A model generated the notes under the pieces. It was not told where the DNA came from. It did no database searches and saw nothing but the letters and a program-made list of their open reading frames with translations. Both the position numbers and the translations under genes were made by a program. This document shows, piece by piece, positions 8,004 through 17,227 of a stretch of 64,000 bases of DNA. Source of the DNA: Dehalococcoidales bacterium (GTDB lineage Bacteria > Chloroflexota > Dehalococcoidia > Dehalococcoidales > RBG-16-60-22); contig NZCW01000007.1 of assembly GCA_002688435.1 (NCBI GenBank), positions 9,269-73,268 of the forward strand. Direction: 5' to 3'. How positions within the stretch are numbered: the stretch's first letter is position 1; each line of letters opens with the position of its first letter.

Positions 8004-8692
8004 CAAACACTCTACATAGATTCGGAAAGCCGGATGAGCTTAAGGATGATTATATTGCCTTCACGCTGGTATGCCCCGGCAAGAATGATATAGGTTCAAT
8101 AGAAAGGGCACGTGACTTCTTGAAGATTGCCCTTAAATACAATCCGGTTAATTTTGCGGCTGAGTCCCGCCATGGTCCCGTGTTCAGACCAGAGAAGAAC
8201 CTCAATCTTTTCCGGTTATACCTCAGAGGGCGGAAAGAAATTGTATCACCAGAACTGGTAATGGACGAGATGGAACCACCGGCACATGCAGTGGTCGTAT
8301 TCAGCAAGAAGCAGGCTCTCGAAGAATTCCTCAAGGAAATCAAGGAAATTGATCTTGGGCTATCAGTGAATGTGTCGTCCTTGGTCGAAGACTTTAAAGA
8401 AATAGCTCAACGTATAGGCATTTCCCCTCACTCGATTAACTACTCACTGGGTTTCAGAGGAAATTTATATCGTTTACCCGAACAGCAAGTACTAGCGCTT
8501 ACTACCATGTGTGGCCATGGCCTTATCGCTAGCAGCTTCGCTAAGAAGATGATAGACAGGGTAAAAGAAAGACGGCTGGCCCCGGAAAAAGCAGCCCGGT
8601 ATATGGCCAAGTTATGCGTGTGTGGTGCTTTCAATACGTCCCGGGCGGAGCGCATACTTCATGAGGCCCGGATGTCGAAATCGAAGGCATAA
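8000..8692 (+). CDS. Uncharacterised protein, translationally coupled to the preceding Fe-S protein
   Basis: TTG start overlapping the upstream stop by 4 nt. 230 aa. Cys-containing motifs MCGHGLI and LCVCGAFN near the C-terminus. No family recognised. Confidence 0.6.
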   Translation: MTNTLHRFGKPDELKDDYIAFTLVCPGKNDIGSIERARDFLKIALKYNPVNFAAESRHGPVFRPEKNLNLFRLYLRGRKEIVSPELVMDEMEPPAHAVVVFSKKQALEEFLKEIKEIDLGLSVNVSSLVEDFKEIAQRIGISPHSINYSLGFRGNLYRLPEQQVLALTTMCGHGLIASSFAKKMIDRVKERRLAPEKAARYMAKLCVCGAFNTSRAERILHEARMSKSKA

Positions 8693-8865
8693 CTTGTTAT
8701 TTACACCAATAAATCCTTTGATTTCATTCACAGCATTACCCCTGTATGTGGTCAGCGAAAGTGGGACAATGTGTGCCTTTGAAGTAACGGACACTTTAGA
8801 GGTCGCTGCCCCTTGGCGGGCACTTTCCCTTTCCCCTTGACAACCATACCATCATTAGCTATAAG

Positions 8866-9177
8866 TTATTCGGTTTCCGATTCGGCTTGCGGTTCGGTTT
8901 CCGCCGGAGGCGCCCCCGGAGCCGCGTTCAGTTTCTTCACTAAACGTGATTTGCGCCGGGCGGTATTTTCCCGGTGGAGGATCTTTTTCTCCGCCGCCCT
9001 ATCCAGTGAACTGACCGCCGCCGCCACCGCTTCACTGGCTCGCTCACGCTCCCCGGTGAAGATAAGCTTTTCCGCCTTGGTGATATTGGTCTTGACCATG
9101 CTGCGGACGGACTTATTACGCGCCCGCCGTCTCTCGGAGACACCCATCTGCTTCTGCGCTGACTTAATTCTTGGCAC
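8866..9177 (-). CDS. rpsT: 30S ribosomal protein S20
   Basis: MPRIKSAQKQMGVSERRRARNKSVRSMVKT... is a typical S20. It has an acidic/proline-rich C-terminal extension. Confidence 0.93.
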   Translation of the reverse strand: MPRIKSAQKQMGVSERRRARNKSVRSMVKTNITKAEKLIFTGERERASEAVAAAVSSLDRAAEKKILHRENTARRKSRLVKKLNAAPGAPPAETEPQAESETE

Positions 9178-9209
9178 TATCTATCCCCCTCAGATTAACC
9201 GGTTTTTTA

Positions 9210-11363
9210 TCACTCCGTAACCCGGTGAATGTTGGTCACTCCCCGCACTGTTTCCATTTTTTTCAAGAGCCGGCTTAACTGGGCCAGTCCTTCCGTCTCT
9301 ACGGTAAGGAAAATTGAGGTAGCGCTATCGTACTGGTTTACCAAGTTTACCGAATCAATATTAATCTTCTCTTCCGCTACCACCGTGGTGATATCACGCA
9401 TCAGCCCCACCCTATCCCAAGCCTCCACCTGAATACTGACCGGGTAGCGCGCATCAGTCTTTCCCCACTCCGCCGCTACCAGCCGATCCGTCTCGTCCTC
9501 GTTAACCACATTGTAACAGTCCTGGTGGTGTATTGTCACCCCCCGGCTACGCGTAATGTAGCCGATAATACCATCCCCGGGCACCGGATGGCAGCACTGG
9601 GCTAAATGAGTCGCCAGATCGCCGACTCCCAACACCTGAACTACCGATGGCACCAGCTTGGAACGGGTAATTTCCGTCGGCAATTGAAGCGGTTCCTGCT
9701 CGGCGGCCAGCCGCAGAGCAATCTGGTGAGTGGTCACGCCTCCGTAGCCGAGCGCCGCCAGAAAGTCATCCGAGTTACTGTAATTGAACAGGCCAGCTAG
9801 CTCGGCGCGCTCCATCCTTACGCCCAGATGCCTCAACTCTTTCTCCAGAAGCTGACGGCCACGCTCAATATTCTCCGTTCTTTCCTGTCTTTTAAACCAC
9901 TGCCGTATCTTCTCTCTGGCATGTGCGGTATTGACATAGCCCAAGTGCGCGTTCAGCCAGTCCCGGCTCGGTCCTTTCTCCCCCTTGGTCGCCATAATTT
10001 CAACGACGTCGCCATTTTTCAGGTTACAACTCATCGGCACCAGCCGGCCATTCACCTTGGCACCAATGCAGCGGTGCCCCAGCTCGGTGTGGACTCGATA
10101 AGCAAAATCAAGAGGGGTAGACCCTTTGGGCAGGTCTTTTATCTCTCCCTGGGGAGTATAAACAAAGACCTGGTCAATAAAGATATCCGTTTTCACTGAT
10201 TCCAGGAATTCCTCCGCCCCACTGAGCTCCCGGTGCCATTCAATCAGCTGGCGCAACCAGCCTACCTTCTCCTCAAAATACATGTCCTTTTTCTGGCTTT
10301 CTTTATAGCGCCAGTGAGCGGCTACCCCATACTCGGCAATGCGGTGCATATCACGGGTGCGAATCTGGACCTCCAGAGGGGTAGTGCCCAGGCACAACAC
10401 CGTCGTATGGATGGATTGATACCCGTTGGGCTTAGAGTTGGCCAGATAATCGTCAAATTCGTCGGGCAAAGGGTGCCACAAACTGTGGATGACACCCACC
10501 GCGCTGTAGCAGTCAGGCACCGTATCGACCAGCACCCTGAGAGCAAAGAGGTCATGGATATCGTTAAAGTGCTTGCCATTGGCGGCATAATGCTCGATTT
10601 TCTGGTGGATACTGTAGATATGCTTCGGCCGGCCGGACATCTCGACCTGAAGACCGGTTTTTTCAAACTCTCCCCCCAAAACCTCTATCACATGGGCGAT
10701 AAAGTTTTCCCGCTGAACACGCCGAGCGGCCAGCAGGTCAACGATCCGGCGGTACTCCTCCAGCCTTAGGTACTGGAAAGATAAATCTTCCAGCTGCCAC
10801 TTAAGTTCCCGTATCCCCAGACGATGAGCTAACGGGGCATATATCTCCAGAGTTTCCTGAGCAATACCCTGCTGCCTCTCCGGTGGCAGAGCCTCCAGGG
10901 TACGCATATTATGCAACCGATCCGCCAGCTTGATAAACACCACGCGGAGATCTTCCGCCATGGCCACCAGCATTTTTCTCAGGTTATCCGCCTGAACTTT
11001 CCGAGTAGTGGCTCCCGGGTCCTGCCAAGAGACTTTACCCAGCTTGGTGACGCCGTCAACCAGCTTGCCTATTTCCGGACCGAACCTGGCTCTAATCTCG
11101 GCAGCCGGCAGACCGCAGTTCTCCGGGATATCGTGGAGCAGCGCCGCAGCCAGAGAGCTGGCGTCAAGCTGTAGTTCCGCCAGTATCAAGGCCGTCTGTA
11201 ACGGGTGCTCGATATAGGGCTCGCCCGACTTCCGGTATTGTCCCTGGTGCGCCTCAATGGCAAAATGGTAGGCATCTGCCACCACGGCTATCTTCCCCGC
11301 GGGAAGGTATTCCCCGGCCTTCTCTTTAAGCTGACTAAAATCCTGTACTCTAGCCGTCGCCAA
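9210..11363 (-). CDS. relA: Bifunctional (p)ppGpp synthetase/hydrolase, RelA/SpoT family
   Basis: 717 aa with HD hydrolase domain, RelA/SpoT synthetase domain, and TGS and ACT-like C-terminal regions recognisable in the translation. Confidence 0.93.
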   Translation of the reverse strand: MATARVQDFSQLKEKAGEYLPAGKIAVVADAYHFAIEAHQGQYRKSGEPYIEHPLQTALILAELQLDASSLAAALLHDIPENCGLPAAEIRARFGPEIGKLVDGVTKLGKVSWQDPGATTRKVQADNLRKMLVAMAEDLRVVFIKLADRLHNMRTLEALPPERQQGIAQETLEIYAPLAHRLGIRELKWQLEDLSFQYLRLEEYRRIVDLLAARRVQRENFIAHVIEVLGGEFEKTGLQVEMSGRPKHIYSIHQKIEHYAANGKHFNDIHDLFALRVLVDTVPDCYSAVGVIHSLWHPLPDEFDDYLANSKPNGYQSIHTTVLCLGTTPLEVQIRTRDMHRIAEYGVAAHWRYKESQKKDMYFEEKVGWLRQLIEWHRELSGAEEFLESVKTDIFIDQVFVYTPQGEIKDLPKGSTPLDFAYRVHTELGHRCIGAKVNGRLVPMSCNLKNGDVVEIMATKGEKGPSRDWLNAHLGYVNTAHAREKIRQWFKRQERTENIERGRQLLEKELRHLGVRMERAELAGLFNYSNSDDFLAALGYGGVTTHQIALRLAAEQEPLQLPTEITRSKLVPSVVQVLGVGDLATHLAQCCHPVPGDGIIGYITRSRGVTIHHQDCYNVVNEDETDRLVAAEWGKTDARYPVSIQVEAWDRVGLMRDITTVVAEEKINIDSVNLVNQYDSATSIFLTVETEGLAQLSRLLKKMETVRGVTNIHRVTE

Positions 11364-11480
11364 GTTTACCAGACTCCTTCCGCTTTAACCGCGTCCCAGA
11401 CTTATATTTAAGTATAGCCCAATCAGCCGACTGTGTAAACACGCTTGAAATTAGTCCCTACCTCCCGGACTACACCCCTA

Positions 11481-11510
11481 TTGACAAGGACGATCTTAGT
11501 TCTGTATATT
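11481..11510 (+). promoter_or_regulatory. Putative sigma70-type promoter of aor
   Basis: TTGACA (11481-11486), an 18-nt spacer, TATATT (11505-11510), about 35 nt upstream of the GTG start. Confidence 0.45.
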
Positions 11511-11546
11511 AACAATACTCAAGTAAAAGCAAGGAGGTAATTTCAG

Positions 11547-13292
11547 GTGAGCAAAATTCTACGAGTCAACATGACCGACTTGACCGCCAGATTCGAGGAT
11601 GTACCGGAGAAGTACCGGCTGACGGGCGGACGCGGCCTGACCTCATCGATAACCTGTGATGAGGTACCACCCACCTGCCACCCCCTAGGCCCCAACAACA
11701 AGATCACCTTTGCCGTGGGTATCGTTGCCGGGACCAGTGCCCCTACCTCCGGCCGCATCTCCATCGGCGGCAAGTCCCCTTTGACCGGCACCATCAAGGA
11801 GACCAACTCCGGCGGTATGGCCGGCCAGAAGCTCGCCCGTCTCGGCCTCAAGGCGATTATCGTCGAGGGGCAGCCCAAAGAAAAGGGTAAATTATGGCTA
11901 CTCAAGGTGGACAAAGCCGGTGCCCAGCTCCAGCCGGCAGACGGTTTCACAAGCAAAGGACTGTACGAGACCTACCCGATGCTCTTCAAAAAGTTCAGTG
12001 ACAAGGTAGCCATCATTGGCATCGGCACTTCCGGAGAGAGGCTGATGTCAATGGCCGGCATCTGCGTTAATGACCCCGAGAACCGCCCCAGCCGCTACGC
12101 CGGACGCGGCGGGATGGGCGCAGTGATGGGCAGTAAGGGACTCAAGGCCATCATCCTCGATGATGCTGGCGGCCCCGGCGTCCCCATCGCCAACAAGGAG
12201 GCCTTTGACGCCGGGCGCAAGAAACTCGTGGCCGCCCTGCGGGAACATGATATTACCAAGCCCGGTGGAGCGCTGAACACCACCGGCACCGCCACCTTAA
12301 TTAACGTCATCGATGAGGCCGGCGCCCTACCCACCCGTAACTTCAGTGACGGGCGCTTCGAGGGCGCCAATAAGATTTCCGGTGAGACCCTCAAAGAGAC
12401 CTGCGAAAAACGGGGTGGTGTGGGCATGGTCGGCCACAGTTGCTCTCCCGGCTGCATCATCAAATGCTCCAACGTCTACCCCAGACCTGATGGCACCGAG
12501 CACGTCTCCGTCCAAGAGTATGAGTCCATCTGGGCTCTCGGTGCCAACTGCGGCATTGACAGCCTAGACGCCACCGGGGAACTCATCCGCCTCTGCAACG
12601 ACTACGGCGTAGATACCATTGAGGCCGGGGTAACCATCGGTGTGGCCATGGAAGCCGGACTGGCCAAGTTCGGTGATAGCCAAAAGGCCATCGAGCTGAT
12701 GCATGAAATCGGCCAAGGCACCCCCCTAGGCCACATCCTAGGCAGTGGTGCCGCCGCCACCGCCAGCACTTTCGGCGTGGTGCGCTGCCCCACCGTCAAA
12801 GGACAGGCCATGCCCGCCTACGAACCCAGACCTATCAAGGGCATCGGCATTATCTATGCCACCTCCACCATGGGCGCCGACCACACCGCGGGCTACACCA
12901 TTGCCCCGGAGATACTGGATATCGGCGGCTCAGTAGACAAGTTAGTCGCGGAGAAGTCAGCCCTAGCACGCCACTTCCTCCATGCCACGGCCTATCTCTT
13001 TGACAGCACCGGGCACTGCCTGTTCATTTCCTTCGCCGTTCTGGACAATCCCTCCGGACTAGAGGGAGTGGTGGAGGAGTGCAATGGGGTACTGGGCACC
13101 AGCTGGACGGTGGATGATGTGCTCCGGATGGGCGGGGATATCGTTAAAAAAGAGCGGGCTTTTAACAAAGCCGCCGGCTTTACCAGTGTTGACGACCGCT
13201 TACCCGAGTTCATGAAATATGAGAAGCTCCCGCCTCACAACGTGGCCTTCGACGTGCCGGATACCGAGCTGGACAAGACCCATGACTCCTAA
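11547..13292 (+). CDS. aor: Aldehyde:ferredoxin oxidoreductase family (tungstopterin) enzyme
   Basis: 581 aa, GTG start. The N-terminus MSKILRVNMTDLT..., the conserved GGR/GLG regions and the Cys ligands (HSCSPGCIIKC) are typical of the AOR family. Confidence 0.9.
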   Translation: MSKILRVNMTDLTARFEDVPEKYRLTGGRGLTSSITCDEVPPTCHPLGPNNKITFAVGIVAGTSAPTSGRISIGGKSPLTGTIKETNSGGMAGQKLARLGLKAIIVEGQPKEKGKLWLLKVDKAGAQLQPADGFTSKGLYETYPMLFKKFSDKVAIIGIGTSGERLMSMAGICVNDPENRPSRYAGRGGMGAVMGSKGLKAIILDDAGGPGVPIANKEAFDAGRKKLVAALREHDITKPGGALNTTGTATLINVIDEAGALPTRNFSDGRFEGANKISGETLKETCEKRGGVGMVGHSCSPGCIIKCSNVYPRPDGTEHVSVQEYESIWALGANCGIDSLDATGELIRLCNDYGVDTIEAGVTIGVAMEAGLAKFGDSQKAIELMHEIGQGTPLGHILGSGAAATASTFGVVRCPTVKGQAMPAYEPRPIKGIGIIYATSTMGADHTAGYTIAPEILDIGGSVDKLVAEKSALARHFLHATAYLFDSTGHCLFISFAVLDNPSGLEGVVEECNGVLGTSWTVDDVLRMGGDIVKKERAFNKAAGFTSVDDRLPEFMKYEKLPPHNVAFDVPDTELDKTHDS

Positions 13293-13399
13293 ACCCGATT
13301 AAGACGCCTTACCGCGAGCTCCTTCGCCCTACGGCGGAGGGGCTTGTCTTTTCCGAGCCGAAGCGCTATATTAAATACGTTTACTGGTTTAAGGAGAAG

Positions 13400-13645
13400 A
13401 TGATAAACACAGTTGAAGTCAGGCTCTACGCCAGCCTACGGAGATACTATCCCGACCTCAAGAGCGGTGAGCCTCTGTCCTTAACGCTGGATGATAATGT
13501 TAACCTAGAAAACCTGCTGGACAAACTCAAGGTCCCCAGAGAAGAGATAACCATTGTCATGGTGAACGGTCGGCGAGAGCAGGGAAGCTATCTTTTCCAG
13601 GACGGCGATCGGATAGGCGTCTTCCCGCTTATCGGCGGGGGTTAA
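13400..13645 (+). CDS. MoaD/ThiS-type beta-grasp sulfur-carrier-like protein (C-terminal Gly-Gly)
   Basis: 81 aa ending ...GDRIGVFPLIGGG, the C-terminal diglycine expected of MoaD/ThiS carriers. Confidence 0.75.
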   Translation: MINTVEVRLYASLRRYYPDLKSGEPLSLTLDDNVNLENLLDKLKVPREEITIVMVNGRREQGSYLFQDGDRIGVFPLIGGG

Positions 13646-13647
13646 AG

Positions 13648-13902
13648 ATGATCGAAGTGCGCCTCTACGGCAAGCTGCGCCGTTTCACCGATAACCAAGA
13701 CCCTGCCCGCGATTCCATTATTTACATCCCCGCGGAGACAGGAGACACCATCGAGGACATCATCAGGCGCATCGGTATCCCGCCTGAGGAAGTAGGCAGC
13801 ACCATCTTCCTTAACGGGAGGTACGTCGTCTTGAATCGGAAGGTGAAGGACGGTGACCGCCTAGCGATATTCCCAGATAATATGGCTATGGTAATCGTGT
13901 AA
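13648..13902 (+). CDS. Ubiquitin-like beta-grasp protein without C-terminal Gly-Gly (Mut7-C-ubiquitin-like)
   Basis: 84 aa. ...IEDIIRRIGIPPEEVGSTIFLNGRYVVLNRKVKDGDRLAIFP then DNMAMVIV. Paralog of the next gene. Confidence 0.7.
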   Translation: MIEVRLYGKLRRFTDNQDPARDSIIYIPAETGDTIEDIIRRIGIPPEEVGSTIFLNGRYVVLNRKVKDGDRLAIFPDNMAMVIV

Positions 13903-13932
13903 TACCCTAGCTGTAAGGATAAAACGACCAGA

Positions 13933-14211
13933 ATGATTGAAGTGCACCTCTACGGCAAGCTGCGCCGTTTCACCGATAACCAGGACCCTGCCCGCGATTC
14001 CATTCTTAACCTCCCCGTGGAGACAGGAGACACCATCGAGGACATCGCCCGGCACGGCAGCATCCCGATTGAGGAAATCGGCAGCAACATTTTCCTCAAC
14101 GGGGAGTATTCCGCACTGACTCGAAAGGTCAAGGACGGCGACCGTTTAGGGATATTCCCTACCGAGATGCAACTGCTCTACAAGTGGCATTTCGCCAAGA
14201 AACGAGAGTAA
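13933..14211 (+). CDS. Ubiquitin-like beta-grasp protein, paralog of 13648-13902
   Basis: 92 aa. By eye, the first ~120 nt are close to 90% identical at the DNA level to 13648-13770. It has a different C-terminal tail (EMQLLYKWHFAKKRE). Confidence 0.7.
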   Translation: MIEVHLYGKLRRFTDNQDPARDSILNLPVETGDTIEDIARHGSIPIEEIGSNIFLNGEYSALTRKVKDGDRLGIFPTEMQLLYKWHFAKKRE

Positions 14212-14303
14212 GCCACCGCCAAAAGATGGAAACGACCTGTCTTTACAAACCTTGCGTCAATACTGTATTCTAGCTTTAAGATAAGCACTCGGGAGAGAAT
14301 AGA

Positions 14304-15554
14304 TTGTACCAGGCACCGCGCGGCACTTCAGACATTTTACCGGAAGAGCAGGCTTACTGGCGCTTTGTGGAGCAAAAAGTGACCAGCATCTGCCAGCTCT
14401 ACGGCTACGAGCGCCTTGACTCCCCGGTTTTCGAGGACACCGGTCTTTTCGCCCGCAGTGTCGGCCCGGGAACGGACGTCGTCGAGAAAGAGATGTACAC
14501 CTTTACCGACAAAGGCGGTAACCAATTAACCCTGAGACCGGAAGGCACTGCACCGGTGTGCCGGGCCTATCTGGAACACGGCATGCCTAATCTGCCCCGT
14601 CCGGTAAAGTTATATTATTACTTTATCCCTGTTTTTCGGTACGAAAGACCGCAGGCGGGGAGATACCGGCAGCACTACCAGTTCGGCTTTGAGGCTATCG
14701 GTGAGGATGACCCCGCCCTTGACGCTGAAGTCATTGATATGGCTTGGCAATTCTTCCTATCCCTAGGCCTTCACCACCTATCACTCCAGCTTAACAGCAT
14801 CGGCTGCCGGCAGTGCCGTCCCATCTACCTTAACGCCCTCAAAAACCATTACGCCAGTCATGCCACCGAGCTGTGTACCGACTGTAAAGTCCGGCTGGAA
14901 CGGAACCCTCTCCGCCTGCTCGATTGCAAAAAGTCCTCCTGTCAGGCCGTGGCCGACTCGGCTCCCCGGAGCACCGACTACCTCTGCTCCGAGTGCCGAG
15001 TTCATTTCAGCCGATTAAAAGAATATTTAAAACTCCTTAAAATTCCATTTACCTTAAACCACCGTCTGGTGCGAGGCTTGGACTACTACACCCGGACGGT
15101 CTTTGAAATCCAGCCCAGGGACGCCGGCGCCCAGAGCACCCTCGGCGGCGGGGGAAGATATGACGACCTGATTGAGGAGCTGGGGGGTAAGCCGACCCCA
15201 GCGATAGGCCTGGCCGCCGGCATAGAAAGAATGGTGCTTAACCTGAAGAAACAGGCGGTTGCTGTTCCCCCTTTCCCCAGACCTCAGGTGTTTATCGCCC
15301 ACCTCGGTAACGAAGCCAAGGACGAGGCCATCAAGCTGGCCTCCCGACTGAGGCAGGCAAGCACCAGCATCATTATGGCTACTGGCCAGCGAAGTCTGAA
15401 AGCCCAGTTACGGCAGGCCAATACTTCCGCCATCCGCCACGCCGTGATTATCGGGGAGCAGGAGGTAAAGAGCGGGACAGTAGTACTGCGGGATATGACC
15501 AACGCCCGGCAAAAGACCGTTAACCCTGCAGCCTTACCGGGACTGCTCGGTTAG
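14304..15554 (+). CDS. hisS: Histidine--tRNA ligase
   Basis: 416 aa, TTG start. Class II aaRS HisRS sequence (MYQAPRGTSDILPEE..., GGGGRYD). Confidence 0.93.
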   Translation: MYQAPRGTSDILPEEQAYWRFVEQKVTSICQLYGYERLDSPVFEDTGLFARSVGPGTDVVEKEMYTFTDKGGNQLTLRPEGTAPVCRAYLEHGMPNLPRPVKLYYYFIPVFRYERPQAGRYRQHYQFGFEAIGEDDPALDAEVIDMAWQFFLSLGLHHLSLQLNSIGCRQCRPIYLNALKNHYASHATELCTDCKVRLERNPLRLLDCKKSSCQAVADSAPRSTDYLCSECRVHFSRLKEYLKLLKIPFTLNHRLVRGLDYYTRTVFEIQPRDAGAQSTLGGGGRYDDLIEELGGKPTPAIGLAAGIERMVLNLKKQAVAVPPFPRPQVFIAHLGNEAKDEAIKLASRLRQASTSIIMATGQRSLKAQLRQANTSAIRHAVIIGEQEVKSGTVVLRDMTNARQKTVNPAALPGLLG

Positions 15555-15700
15555 CCGGTTTCACACTTCGGACACCTCCCTTCCCCATTTTAAATTTCCG
15601 GACGATATCTCTAGCTACTCTAGCTGCCGCACTTTGCTCAAACACCCGAGTATGTTATATTACCTTAACTAAGAAACTGGCAAACCTGAGGTACTAAAAA

Positions 15701-16417
15701 TTGATATGCGCTAGCTGTGGCCAGAGAACCAGTGGAGACTACTGTCAGCACTGTCACTATCCACTGTTTGAGGAGAGCCGGGAAAAACAACGGAAGGCAC
15801 GGATATGGGCCAAAGAACAGGCCCGGCGGGAAGCCAAGGAAAAGGCCAGAACGGAATACGCCGCCGCCATCGAACAAGCCAAACTGGAAGCCGAAGAAGC
15901 CCGGAAAGCCAGAGAAAAGACCAGACTGGAGGCAGCCGAAGCTAGAAAAGCGAGAAGGGCAAAAAGGCAGGCCAGTAAACAGGCAAGGCTGGAAGCCAAA
16001 AAGAAAGCGAACCAGGACCGGGAACAGGCAAAACGGGAAGCCAGGGAAAAAGCCAAATTAGAAGCCGGGGACGCCTGGGAAAAGACCAGACTGGGGGCGG
16101 AAGAAAGAAAACGAGCTAAGGAGACAGAAGAGCAGGCCCGCAAACAGGCGGAACGGGCAGTGAAAGAAAAGGCCAAACTGAAGACCAGAAAAGCTGGGAA
16201 AGACAGAGGTAAGACCAAAAAAGCGAAACAAGCTAGAGAAGTGGAAGAGCAAACCCGGGAACAGATGGGACAGACTAAAAAGCAAATTGAAGAAAGCCTG
16301 AAACGGATAGAGCGCCTTCAGGAAGAACTGATTCAGAAAAAAGTCGGGACAGAAGAAACTATGCAAAAGCTGGCTGATATATCAAAACAAATAGATAACT
16401 CTCGGTCGTCTCAATAA
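15701..16417 (+). CDS. Zinc-ribbon protein with a long Lys/Glu/Ala-rich coiled-coil region
   Basis: TTG start. N-terminal CASCG...CQHCH zinc ribbon, then about 190 aa of degenerate EAKEKAR/EKTRLEA repeats. Both antisense frames are open only because of the low complexity. Confidence 0.6.
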   Translation: MICASCGQRTSGDYCQHCHYPLFEESREKQRKARIWAKEQARREAKEKARTEYAAAIEQAKLEAEEARKAREKTRLEAAEARKARRAKRQASKQARLEAKKKANQDREQAKREAREKAKLEAGDAWEKTRLGAEERKRAKETEEQARKQAERAVKEKAKLKTRKAGKDRGKTKKAKQAREVEEQTREQMGQTKKQIEESLKRIERLQEELIQKKVGTEETMQKLADISKQIDNSRSSQ

Positions 16418-17043
16418 TCCAGTAGAAACACCTGGGTACTGACCGGTAGGCTTGACGGCGTGAGCGATAACTTGGGCTGGGCGGCCATCTGTTCAATTCC
16501 CATTTCCTCGAGAAACTTTTCCACAGTACCTAGCTCCCGTTTTAACGCCGGGGTCTTGTAGTGCATCGGAACCGCTACTTCCGGTTCCAACTGGCGAATT
16601 ACCTCAGCCGCCATCAGCGCATCAATCGTGGATGCCCCTCCCACCGGAAGCAAGAGCACGTCCACATCCCCTATCTCCTCTACCTGCTCCGTGGTAAGTA
16701 CATGGCCCAGATCACCGAGATGGCATATGGCTACCCCGTCCACCTCCATAAGAAAGACCGTGTTCTTGCCTTTCTCTTTACCTCCCACCCTGTCATGAAA
16801 AGTCGGCACCCCGATAATCAGGACACCGCTAATTTCGTACTCTCCGGGCCCAGTAACCAGCTTGGGCTCCCCACCAACTCCCTTGGCGTAAGCGTGAGAC
16901 GGGTGCTGATGGCTTACCGTTACGATATCGGCCGTTGGCTCACCCGGGGAATAACCAAGATCCGATGGTATCGGGTCAGTAATAATTATCGCCTGTTTCC
17001 CTTTGATCCGAAAGCAGGAATGACCGAACCAGTTAATATCCAT
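16411..17043 (-). CDS. Metallo-beta-lactamase-fold hydrolase (UPF0173-like)
   Basis: I prefer the ATG at 17043 (MDINWFGHSCFRIKG...). HQHPSH metal motif. The 3' end overlaps the convergent gene by 7 nt. Confidence 0.8.
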   Translation of the reverse strand: MDINWFGHSCFRIKGKQAIIITDPIPSDLGYSPGEPTADIVTVSHQHPSHAYAKGVGGEPKLVTGPGEYEISGVLIIGVPTFHDRVGGKEKGKNTVFLMEVDGVAICHLGDLGHVLTTEQVEEIGDVDVLLLPVGGASTIDALMAAEVIRQLEPEVAVPMHYKTPALKRELGTVEKFLEEMGIEQMAAQPKLSLTPSSLPVSTQVFLLDY

Positions 17044-17150
17044 CGGCTCAAATATAGCACAGGCGAGTTTTACAGTCAAGGAATACGACGACTGCTCATC
17101 GCCTTCACTCGTCTGTTTTGTGGCTGTCTACCCTAGCCTTAAAATTTCTC

Positions 17151-17179
17151 TTGACAAGTAATTACCAAAGATGTTAAAT
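17151..17179 (+). promoter_or_regulatory. Sigma70-type promoter of the hrcA-grpE-dnaK operon
   Basis: TTGACA (17151-17156), a 17-nt spacer, TTAAAT (17174-17179), directly upstream of the CIRCE element. Confidence 0.6.
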
Positions 17180-17188
17180 TAATATCGG

Positions 17189-17215
17189 TTAGCAGTCTTA
17201 GCATTAGAGTGCTAA
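17189..17215 (+). promoter_or_regulatory. CIRCE operator (HrcA binding site)
   Basis: TTAGCAGTC-N9-GAGTGCTAA versus the consensus TTAGCACTC-N9-GAGTGCTAA, 13 nt upstream of hrcA. Confidence 0.9.
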
Positions 17216-17227
17216 CAGGAGATTGAG

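Noticed and set aside
15757-16366. Two long antisense ORFs (153 and 102 aa) plus an alternative sense-frame ORF within the K/E-rich gene.
   Set aside because: They are artefacts of low-complexity purine-rich repeats. The translations are Ser/Leu/Ala/Phe-rich nonsense, with no RBS or start context.
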